A stretch of DNA of 32,000 bases. It comes from Longivirga aurantiaca. Lineage in GTDB: Bacteria; Actinomycetota; Actinomycetes; S36-B12; CAIYMF01. Positions 25,299 through 32,000 of the stretch are shown here, in pieces; the first letter of the stretch is position 1; each line of letters starts with the position of its first letter. The stretch is taken from assembly GCF_042660085.1 (NCBI RefSeq), contig NZ_JBHSTI010000002.1, positions 270,001 through 302,000 of the forward strand. The letters run 5' to 3'. A model generated the notes under the pieces. It saw nothing but the letters and a program-made list of their open reading frames with translations, had not been told where the DNA came from and made no database searches. The position numbers were made by a program, and so were the translations under genes.

Positions 25299-26510
25299 TC
25301 AGGAGACGACGATGCGGAGGCCGGCCGACCTACCGCCGCCCACGCCGCCACCGGTCGGCGACGTCACGTACACCGTCCAGGTCCCTCGCGGGAGGCTGCC
25401 GCGGATGCCGTAGGTCGAGTCCGCGGCGACCCGCGCCGTCCCGAGCGGGGTGGCGGACCCGACCCGCCGCAGCGTGACGGTCGTCCCTGCGAGCGACGGC
25501 GCGACCTTGCCGAAGACCCGCACCGGCTCGGACCCCGCGATCGTGGTGTCGGACGGCGTCGCCCAGATCCTCGCCGTCACGTCGACGCGTCGGGTGGCCG
25601 ACACCGCCGCGGCGTAGCCGGGCTCGTCCACGCGCCACCGCACGTACGTCTGCCTGACCGGCGTGAACGTCGTGGTGAACCGGCCCTCCGCACCCGTCGT
25701 CACGGTCCGCGCCTTCACCCAGGTGCCGGTGCCCCAGACCTTGGTCCAGAGCTCCACCGGCAGCGAGGCGACGGGGTCGCCCGAGGGCCGCTGCACCCGT
25801 CCCGAGAGCGGCGTCGACGCGCCCGCCTTGAGCGACACGGTGGCTGTGCTGGAGGTGATCACGGGGATGGGGTCGGTGTCGAGGTCGATGGTGGTCACGT
25901 CGCCGGCGGTGCCGTACCGGACGGCGTCGACGTACGTCGTCTGCACGGTCAGGTTGGGCATCACGAGGAGCCCGAGGGAATCGATGGTTGCCCCCGGGAA
26001 GGCGGCCTTGAGCGCCGCCCACGTGAACGGGCTGCCGGGCGCCTCGCTCTGCTTCGGATCGACGAGCTGATGGATCGGCTGGTCGAGCAGGTCGACCGTC
26101 GTCCACGTGGCGGTCGCCGGCAGGTCGACGACGGCCTGGCCCTCGAAGGTCGGCGTGTAGAAGCCGAGGTCGAGCGAGAGCGGCGCGGTCGAGCGGTAGG
26201 TGATCTCGTAGGTGGAGAGCGTCGCCGCGGGGAGGGCCGCACCCAGGCCCATCAGCAGCTGCATCGTGAACGTGTGGACGCCGGAGGTCATCGCGAGGCT
26301 GCCGAGGCCGGTGGGCACCGACGCCGGTCCCTCCACATGGGCGTACGACGCGTCTGCGGGCTTACCGTCCCTGCGCGTGCTGGTGAACGACCAGCCGGCC
26401 GGGAGCCCGGCGTCGGACACCACGGTGGTGTCCGCCTGGGCCGGCGGTGCCACGACGACGAGCAACCCGGCGAGGAGCGCCGGGACGAGTGCGAACGGCA
26501 GACGGCGCAT
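25299..26510 (-). CDS. Secreted protein of unknown function with two C-terminal beta-sandwich-like repeats
   Basis: Signal peptide MRRLPFALVPALLAGLLVVVAPPAQA/DTT. The ATG at 26510 has a GGAG RBS. No family was recognised. Confidence 0.65.
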   Translation of the reverse strand: MRRLPFALVPALLAGLLVVVAPPAQADTTVVSDAGLPAGWSFTSTRRDGKPADASYAHVEGPASVPTGLGSLAMTSGVHTFTMQLLMGLGAALPAATLSTYEITYRSTAPLSLDLGFYTPTFEGQAVVDLPATATWTTVDLLDQPIHQLVDPKQSEAPGSPFTWAALKAAFPGATIDSLGLLVMPNLTVQTTYVDAVRYGTAGDVTTIDLDTDPIPVITSSTATVSLKAGASTPLSGRVQRPSGDPVASLPVELWTKVWGTGTWVKARTVTTGAEGRFTTTFTPVRQTYVRWRVDEPGYAAAVSATRRVDVTARIWATPSDTTIAGSEPVRVFGKVAPSLAGTTVTLRRVGSATPLGTARVAADSTYGIRGSLPRGTWTVYVTSPTGGGVGGGRSAGLRIVVS

Positions 26511-26620
26511 GACGACCACTCCGATCGGTCCAGGAGCCTCCACCCTGGCACTCGGCAGCGGGCTCATGCGTGCCCGTCCGCCCTCGTGCCGTGGCAGGTC
26601 ACCAGGTATCGGACGTCACG

Positions 26621-26660
26621 ACGAAGGCCCGCGTTCCGCGGAGCGGACGCGGGCCTTCGT
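26621..26660 (-). terminator. Hairpin terminator downstream of gpmA
   Basis: ACGAAGGCCCGCGT-12 nt-ACGCGGGCCTTCGT, a perfect 14-bp stem. Confidence 0.6.
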
Positions 26661-26682
26661 CGAGCGGGCGTACGTCGATGCG

Positions 26683-27441
26683 CTACTTCTTGCCCTGGTT
26701 GGCGACCGCGGCCGCGGCGACCTTCGCCGCCTCGGGGTCGAGGTACTCGCCGCCGGGCACGATCGGCTTCAGGTCGGCGTCGAGGCGGTAGACCAGCGGG
26801 ATGCCGGTGGGGATGTTGAGGCCCGCGATGTCGGCGTCGGAGATGCCGTCGAGGTGCTTCACGAGGGCGCGCAGCGAGTTGCCGTGCGCGGCGACGAGGA
26901 CGGTCTTGCCGGCGCGCAGGTCGGCGACGATGACGTCCTCCCAGTACGGCAGGAGGCGGTGGACGACGTCCTTGAGGCACTCGGTCGCCGGCAGCACCTC
27001 CGGCGGCATCCAGGCGTAGCGGGGGTCGTGCGTCTGCGCGAACTCGTCGTCGGGCTCGATCGCCGGCGGCGGGACGTCGTACGACCGGCGCCAGAGCATG
27101 AACTGCTCCTCGCCGTACGCCGCGAGGGTGGCCTTCTTGTCCTTGCCCTGCAGGGCGCCGTAGTGGCGCTCGTTGAGCCGCCAGTTGCGGACGACCGGGA
27201 TCCAGTGGCGGTCGCAGCCGTCGAGCGCGATCTGGCTCGTGCGGATCGCGCGGCGCAGGAGGCTCGTGTGCACGACGTCCGGCAGGATGCCGCTCTCCTT
27301 GAGCAGGACGCCGCCTCGCTCGGCCTCGCCGACGCCCTTCTCGTTGAGGTCGACGTCGACCCATCCGGTGAAGAGGTTCTTGGCGTTCCACTCGCTCTCG
27401 CCGTGGCGGAGCAGGACCAGGGTGTACGGCGCGTCGCTCAT
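26683..27441 (-). CDS. gpmA: 2,3-bisphosphoglycerate-dependent phosphoglycerate mutase
   Basis: [57 protein letters not shown]. The ATG at 27441 has an AGGA RBS 8 nt upstream; ATG at 27450 is an alternative. Confidence 0.9.
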   Translation of the reverse strand: MSDAPYTLVLLRHGESEWNAKNLFTGWVDVDLNEKGVGEAERGGVLLKESGILPDVVHTSLLRRAIRTSQIALDGCDRHWIPVVRNWRLNERHYGALQGKDKKATLAAYGEEQFMLWRRSYDVPPPAIEPDDEFAQTHDPRYAWMPPEVLPATECLKDVVHRLLPYWEDVIVADLRAGKTVLVAAHGNSLRALVKHLDGISDADIAGLNIPTGIPLVYRLDADLKPIVPGGEYLDPEAAKVAAAAVANQGKK

Positions 27442-27507
27442 GGCGTCCATCCTGCCGCAGCCTGTCGCCGTGACGGGAGGCTGGTCGGGGATCGGGGCCG
27501 TGACGCG

Positions 27508-27567
27508 ACCAAGATCACGAGTAGGGGTCTTCGGGTGCAGTCGAACTGCCGTGATCGACCCTAGGGG
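27508..27567 (-). repeat. Copy 4 of the ~60-bp structured intergenic repeat
   Basis: Reverse complement reads CCCCTAGGGTCGATCACGGCAGTTCGACTGCACCCGAAGACCCCTACTCGTGATCTTGGTC. Confidence 0.8.
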
Positions 27568-27577
27568 TGCAGAAGCG

Positions 27578-28078
27578 TCAGTCGGGGTCGGTGAGGCGGG
27601 TGAAGGCGGCGAGGTTGGCCGTGGACTCGCCGCGGCTGACGCGCCAGGCGTGCTCGCGCTTGATGGCGCTCGCGAACCCGAGCTCGAGGATCGTGTTGAA
27701 CGAGCCGTCGGCGTACTCGAGCACCGAGCCGAGGATGCGGTCGACCTCGTCGGGCGTGACCGACCCGAGCGGCAGGCGGCCCGAGAGGTAGATGTCGCCG
27801 AGGTGGTCGACGGCGAACGCGACGCCGTACATCTTCAGGTTGCGCTCGAGCAGCCAGCGGTAGACGGCCTCGGCGTTCTCGTCGACGTGCCGTGCCACGA
27901 ACGCCTGCACGGTGAGCGCGTGCTCGCCGACGACGAGCGAGCAGGTGGTCTTCTGCTTGCGCTCGCCCGGCAGGACCACGACGAAGGTGCCCGGCGCGGT
28001 CTCCTCGACCTCGAGCTCATGCGCGGCGAGGACCGTGCGCAGGACGGAGGCGGCGTCCTCGCGGGCCACCGGGGTCAT
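27578..28078 (-). CDS. YbjN-domain protein (Rv0487-like)
   Basis: [59 protein letters not shown]. The ATG overlaps the mshA stop (ATGA), and the mshA-Rv0487 synteny of mycobacteria is conserved here. Confidence 0.8.
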   Translation of the reverse strand: MTPVAREDAASVLRTVLAAHELEVEETAPGTFVVVLPGERKQKTTCSLVVGEHALTVQAFVARHVDENAEAVYRWLLERNLKMYGVAFAVDHLGDIYLSGRLPLGSVTPDEVDRILGSVLEYADGSFNTILELGFASAIKREHAWRVSRGESTANLAAFTRLTDPD

Positions 28079-29340
28079 GTGCCGGCGACGACGAGGCGGG
28101 CGCTGCGTCCGGCGAGGGCGTCGCGGTAGACCTCGAGGGTGGCGGCGGTGGTGGCGTCCCAGCCGAAGCTCGCGGCGTGGCCCACGGCGGCCTGCGACAT
28201 CCGCTGCAGAGCCACGGGATCGGCCACGGCACGGCAGAGCGCGGCGGCCCACACGTCCGGGTCGTGCCCGTCGACGAGCACGCCGCTGACGCCGTCGGCC
28301 ACCGCGGTCGGCAGACCTCCGACCCGGGCGGCGACCACGGGAGTGCCGCAGGCCTGAGCCTCCACGGCCACGAGCCCGAACGACTCCGAGTACGACGGCA
28401 CCACGCAGAGGTCCGCTGCGCGGTACCAGTCGGCGAGGCGCACGCGGTCGACCGGAGGCACGAACCGCACGAGGTCGGCGACCCCCAGCGAGCCGGCGAG
28501 CTCCTGCAGGGCATGCGGGTGCTCGAGGCCCGAGCCCGACGGGCCGCCGCAGATGACGACCTGCAGTGTCGAGCGGAGCGACGGCGTACGGGCGACCATC
28601 GCGGCCACGGCGCGCACGAGGACGTCGGGGGCCTTGAGCGGCTGGATGCGGCCGACGAACAGCAGCACGACGGCGTCCTCGCGCAGCCCCACCTTCGCGC
28701 GGGCGTGCGAGCGGCCCACGGGCGTGAAGACGTCGAGGTCGACGCCCGGGTGCACGACCGCGACCTTGGACGGGTGCGCGCCGTACAGCTCGACGAGCTG
28801 GTCGGCCTCGGCCGCGGTGTTGGCGAGGATGCGGTCGGAGGCGTCGACCACCTGCTGCTCGCCGATGATGCGACCCTCGGGCTCGGGGCGGTCGCCCTCG
28901 GCGAGGGTGAGGTTCTTGACCTTGGCCATCGTGTGCATCGCGTGCACGAGCGGCACGTTCCAGCGCTCGGCGGCCAGGAAGCCCACCTGGCCCGACAGCC
29001 AGTAGTGGGACTGCACGAGGTCGTAGTAGCCCTCGGGCTGCATGGCCTCCACGCGCAGGACCCCGTTGGCCACCGCGCACAGCTGGCCCGGCAGGTCCTC
29101 CTTGGAGAGGCCCTGGAACGGTCCGGCGGTGACGTGGCGGACGGTCACGCCGGGGGCCATCTCGACCGAGCCGGGGAGGTCGCGCGAGGTGGCGCGGGTG
29201 AAGACGTCCACCTCGACACCGCTGCGTGCGAGGCGCGTCGCGACCTCGGTGACGTAGACGTTCATGCCACCGGCGTCGCCCGTGCCCGGCTGGTCGAGGG
29301 GAGAGGTGTGCACAGAGAGGACCGCGACGCGGCGGGGCAT
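28075..29340 (-). CDS. mshA: D-inositol-3-phosphate glycosyltransferase (first step of mycothiol biosynthesis)
   Basis: [43 protein letters not shown]...[52 protein letters not shown]. The start is taken as ATG 29340; the ORF stays open to ATG 29490. Confidence 0.9.
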   Translation of the reverse strand: MPRRVAVLSVHTSPLDQPGTGDAGGMNVYVTEVATRLARSGVEVDVFTRATSRDLPGSVEMAPGVTVRHVTAGPFQGLSKEDLPGQLCAVANGVLRVEAMQPEGYYDLVQSHYWLSGQVGFLAAERWNVPLVHAMHTMAKVKNLTLAEGDRPEPEGRIIGEQQVVDASDRILANTAAEADQLVELYGAHPSKVAVVHPGVDLDVFTPVGRSHARAKVGLREDAVVLLFVGRIQPLKAPDVLVRAVAAMVARTPSLRSTLQVVICGGPSGSGLEHPHALQELAGSLGVADLVRFVPPVDRVRLADWYRAADLCVVPSYSESFGLVAVEAQACGTPVVAARVGGLPTAVADGVSGVLVDGHDPDVWAAALCRAVADPVALQRMSQAAVGHAASFGWDATTAATLEVYRDALAGRSARLVVAGT

Positions 29341-29613
29341 CGGACGGGGGCCGCGCGACGCCGGCCGCGCGGCGCGCAGACGACGGGATTCGGGCTCGAG
29401 CGGAAGGACCGCCACGCCACGCACCTCCTCGTCGTCACGCCGGCCGGGGGATGGCCCACCCTGCTCGAACGGCAACGAAGTCTCCCGCATTCCGCCCCGA
29501 TGTGCAGAGGGAGGTCTCGGGACGTCAGCAATTCTTCATCTCCGCTCAGCGCGCGGTCACCGCGCGCTCACCTCGCTGTACGCCGTGTGCACGCCGAGGT
29601 CGCCGGAACGGAC

Positions 29614-29647
29614 GTGCCCCGGGACGCCGCTCGGCGTCCCGGGGCAC
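29614..29647 (-). terminator. Hairpin terminator downstream of phoU
   Basis: GTGCCCCGGGACGCC-gctc-GGCGTCCCGGGGCAC, a perfect 15-bp stem 20 nt after the phoU stop. Confidence 0.65.
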
Positions 29648-29666
29648 GAGGTGCCGTGAGGCGAGG

Positions 29667-30347
29667 TCAGGAGAGGTTCTCGACGATCGCCTCGGGGTCG
29701 ACGGTGGCGTACGGCTCACCGGTCGCGACGTAGACGACCCGCTTGGCGATGGTGACGGCGTGGTCGGCGAACCGCTCGTAGTACCGCGACAGCAGGGTCA
29801 CGTCGACGGCTGCCTCGACCCCGAAGTCCCAGGAGGGCGCGAGGACCGTGGAGAAGAGCTCCTTGTGCAGGCGGTCCATCTCCTCGTCCGTGCGGGCGAT
29901 GTCCGCGGCGAGCGAGACGTCCTTCGTGGCGATGACCGAGCCGGTCTTGGCGACGACGTTCTGCGCCACCGCACCCATGGCCTGGAAGGTCGGCCGCAGC
30001 TGCACGGGGACGGCCGACGAGGGGTAGCGCATGCGGGCGGCCTTGGCGATGTGCTCGGCGAGGTCGCCCATGCGCTCGAGCGAGGCGGAGATGCGCAGGG
30101 CCGCGACGATGATGCGCAGGTCGGTCGCCACCGGCTGCTGACGGGCCGACACCTGGAAGCAGTCGGCCTCGACCTTGGAGGCGATCGCGTCGATGGCCTC
30201 GTCGCCCGCGATGACGCTCTCGGCCAGGGCGAGGTCGGCATCGAGCAGGGATTGCGTGGCGCGGTTCATGGCCGAGCCGACGAGCCGCGTCATCTCGACG
30301 AGCTCGTCGCTCACCTGGTCGAGCTGGGAGTGGTAGGTCTCGCGCAT
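29667..30347 (-). CDS. phoU: Phosphate-signalling accessory protein PhoU
   Basis: Two PhoU repeats: D..ID......E..C......QQPVA.DLR...A.L.I...LERMGD.A..IAK and D.E.D.L......T.L.SRYYERFADHA..IA.RV.Y. GAGGA RBS. Confidence 0.9.
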   Translation of the reverse strand: MRETYHSQLDQVSDELVEMTRLVGSAMNRATQSLLDADLALAESVIAGDEAIDAIASKVEADCFQVSARQQPVATDLRIIVAALRISASLERMGDLAEHIAKAARMRYPSSAVPVQLRPTFQAMGAVAQNVVAKTGSVIATKDVSLAADIARTDEEMDRLHKELFSTVLAPSWDFGVEAAVDVTLLSRYYERFADHAVTIAKRVVYVATGEPYATVDPEAIVENLS

Positions 30348-30453
30348 CGCTGGTCCTCGCCTCGCGCCACTGGGGCCGGTCTGCGGAGCCGGAGGGAGCC
30401 GGCTTCCCGATCGGCCATGAGCCTAGGCCCGGCTGGGTACCAGCCGGTGCCTC

Positions 30454-30553
30454 AGAGTGAACGAACCCCGACCGCCAGATGAACATCGGGTGTCGAGAGT
30501 GAACACGGGGCGAAGTCTTGCACTGCAGGCCGTTCGCCGTTCGTTCGCACTCC
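30454..30553. promoter_or_regulatory. Candidate PHO-box-like repeats in the phoU <> senX3 divergent region
   Basis: AGAGTGAAC at 30454 and 30496. TGAAC (the complement of the GTTCA core) at 30458, 30480 and 30500. Tandem 11-mers GTTCGCCGTTC|GTTCGCACTCC at 30532-30553. Confidence 0.35.
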
Positions 30554-30567
30554 CGCTCGGCCCTATC

Positions 30568-31749
30568 GTGGTCGTTGTGGACGGCGCCCTGGGCCTCATC
30601 GTGGCCTCCGTTGCGGCGTTCGCCGTCGGCGTCCTGGCCACCTACGTCGTCCTCCGACGCCGGGCCGGGCCTCACGCGGACACCGCGCGGCTGGCCCTGG
30701 AGCGGGACGACGTCCCCTCGCCGAACGTCCCCGAAGGCCTCGGGCGGCTGCTTGCGGTGCTGCCCGGTGCGGCATTCGTCGTGGGTGCTGACGACGGCGT
30801 CCTGCGCGCGTCCACCCAGAGCGCGGCGCTCGGCGTCGTGCAGGGCCGGCGCCTGGACATCCCCGAGATCCGCGCGCTCGTCGCCGCGGTGCGCCGGGAC
30901 GGCGTCATCCGCGAGGAGGACCTCGAGCTCCGGCGCCCGCCGCTGGGCAAGGGCGTCATCCATGCCCGCGTCCGGGTAGCGACGCTGTCACCGACCGCAG
31001 CCCTCGTGATCGTCGAGGACCTGTCGGAGGCCCTGCGTCTCGACGCCGTCCGCCGCGACTTCGTGGCCAACGTGTCGCACGAGCTGAAGACCCCTGTGGG
31101 CGCGCTGTCGCTCCTCGCCGAGGCTGTGCAGAGCGCGAGCGACGACCCCGAGGCCGTGCAGCGCTTCTCCGCCCGCATGCAGGTCGAGTCGAGACGGCTC
31201 ACCAACCTCATGAACGACCTCGTCGACCTCTCCCGGCTGCAGGGCGCCGAGGTGGCCCAGGCCGAGCCGGTCGAGGTCGACCGCGTCGTGGCCGAGGCCG
31301 TCGACGCCACGAAGCTGCTGGCCGGTTCCCGCGACATCGAGGTGGTGATCGGGAGCCCGGTGGGTGCGGTGGTCCTCGGCAGCGAGGCCCAGCTCGTCAT
31401 GGCGCTGCGCAACCTGCTCACGAACGCCATCGCCTACTCGCCGACGGGCACCCGGGTGGTCGTCGCGGCGCGCCGCGGCGACCAGGCCGTCGAGATCGGC
31501 GTGACCGACCAGGGGATCGGCATCCCCGAGGGCGAGCAGGCCCGGATCTTCGAGCGCTTCTACCGCGTCGACCCGGCACGGTCGCGCATCACCGGCGGCA
31601 CCGGCCTCGGCCTTGCCATCGTCAAGCACGTCTGCGTCAACCACGGCGGCGAGTGCACCGTCTGGTCCGTCGAGGGCGAGGGCTCGACGTTCACCCTCAG
31701 GCTTCCGCTGGCACCCGCCGGCACCACCGAAGGAGACACCCCCCAGTGA
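30568..31749 (+). CDS. senX3: Phosphate-sensing histidine kinase SenX3/PhoR-type
   Basis: An N-terminal TM helix is followed by RRDFVANVSHELKTPVGAL (H-box)..NLL.NAI.YSP..TD.GIGI......IFERFYRVD.ARSR..GGTGLGLAIVKH. The maximal ORF starts at GTG 30457, but codons 30457-30567 have many A/T third positions, so the likely start is GTG 30568 or 30577. Confidence 0.85.
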   Translation: MVVVDGALGLIVASVAAFAVGVLATYVVLRRRAGPHADTARLALERDDVPSPNVPEGLGRLLAVLPGAAFVVGADDGVLRASTQSAALGVVQGRRLDIPEIRALVAAVRRDGVIREEDLELRRPPLGKGVIHARVRVATLSPTAALVIVEDLSEALRLDAVRRDFVANVSHELKTPVGALSLLAEAVQSASDDPEAVQRFSARMQVESRRLTNLMNDLVDLSRLQGAEVAQAEPVEVDRVVAEAVDATKLLAGSRDIEVVIGSPVGAVVLGSEAQLVMALRNLLTNAIAYSPTGTRVVVAARRGDQAVEIGVTDQGIGIPEGEQARIFERFYRVDPARSRITGGTGLGLAIVKHVCVNHGGECTVWSVEGEGSTFTLRLPLAPAGTTEGDTPQ

Positions 31750-32000
31750 CCCGTGTTCTCGTCGTGGAGGACGAGGAGTCCTTCTCGGACGCCCTGTCCT
31801 TCATGCTGCGCAAGGAGGGCTTCGAGGTCGGCATCGCGGCGACGGGCACCGATGCCGTCGCCCAGTTCGACCAGAACGGGGCCGACCTCGTGCTGCTCGA
31901 CCTCATGCTGCCCGGCATGTCCGGCACCGAGGTGTGCCGCGCGCTGCGCCAGCGCTCGAGCGTGCCGATCATCATGGTCACGGCCAAGGACGGCGAGGTC
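31746..32000 (+). CDS. regX3: OmpR-family response regulator RegX3/PhoP-type (N-terminal 85 aa; continues beyond the window)
   Basis: (V)TRVLVVEDEESFSDALSFMLRKEGFEV..DLVLLDLMLPGMSGTEVCR.LR..S.VPIIMVTAKD. The GTG overlaps the senX3 stop (GTGA). Confidence 0.85.
   Translation, partial: MTRVLVVEDEESFSDALSFMLRKEGFEVGIAATGTDAVAQFDQNGADLVLLDLMLPGMSGTEVCRALRQRSSVPIIMVTAKDGEV

Noticed and set aside
23107-27567. Reading the 60-bp repeats as integron attC sites with macro/GNAT genes as cassettes.
   Set aside because: No intI integrase or attI is present. The repeat ends lack the RYYYAAC...GTTRRRY core pair. The repeats also follow core genes (the ybjN-like gene of the mshA operon, and alaX) and occur in both orientations.
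29341-29490. 50-codon N-terminal extension of mshA (ATG 29490).
   Set aside because: Third-position G/C is noticeably lower than in the body of the gene, and the conserved MshA core starts at [13 protein letters not shown] right after ATG 29340. This is not excluded, since M. tuberculosis MshA has an N-terminal extension, so it is noted as an alternative only.
29526-29568. Tiny ORF MKNC (minus strand, about 29526-29540) and a 21-bp GC palindrome AGCGCGCGGTcACCGCGCGCT (29548-29568) upstream of mshA, considered as a Cys-sensing leader for mycothiol synthesis.
   Set aside because: A 4-codon ORF with a single Cys, no spacing between its GGAG and its ATG, and no convincing promoter is well within chance expectation. 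The palindrome may simply be a second terminator-like hairpin after phoU.

Overview
Very GC-rich, densely coding actinobacterial chromosome segment; third codon positions are almost all G/C. The presence of mshD and mshA places it in a mycothiol-producing lineage. I saw no tRNA, rRNA, CRISPR array, integrase, transposase or phage gene. Gene order: mshD (partial)-glnR | alpha/beta hydrolase-MoaD-like-thioredoxin-like | Cys-rich sORF-DUF4395-DUF1416-1-Cys peroxiredoxin | hypothetical, DsrE-like | micro-ORF-nitrobindin-Fur-YgfZ | galU | dtd preceded by a 970-aa DUF4388 protein with a huge E/R/A/L repeat | BKACE-RsiG-like-asparaginase II | ArsI/CadI <> arsR-arsC-aquaglyceroporin-acr3 remnant-APC permease | XRE regulator-Lys/Ala-rich repeat protein | extradiol dioxygenase | DUF2516, methyltransferase, macro domain, GNAT, AlaX, secreted protein, gpmA, YbjN-like, mshA, phoU <> senX3-regX3 (partial). 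Large parts are syntenic with M. tuberculosis Rv0813c-Rv0819 and Rv0474-Rv0491, so most of the window is core genome. The most interesting items: (1) the DUF4388 protein whose ~490-residue ER/K-type repeat is encoded by 15/60/90-bp tandem DNA repeats; (2) a probably leaderless 25-codon Cys-rich sORF upstream of the DUF4395-DUF1416-Prx sulfur/thiol genes, a candidate cysteine-sensing attenuator; (3) an RsiG-like protein with one perfect and one near-perfect E(X)3S(X)2R(X)3Q(X)3D c-di-GMP motif, translationally coupled between two amino-acid-metabolism enzymes; (4) a ~60-bp structured intergenic repeat present four times in 4.5 kb, always just 3' of a stop codon and co-oriented with that gene; (5) an ars operon whose acr3 is a decayed remnant while an aquaglyceroporin is intact. 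Family assignments come from reading the translations and from memory of these families; no database search was possible.
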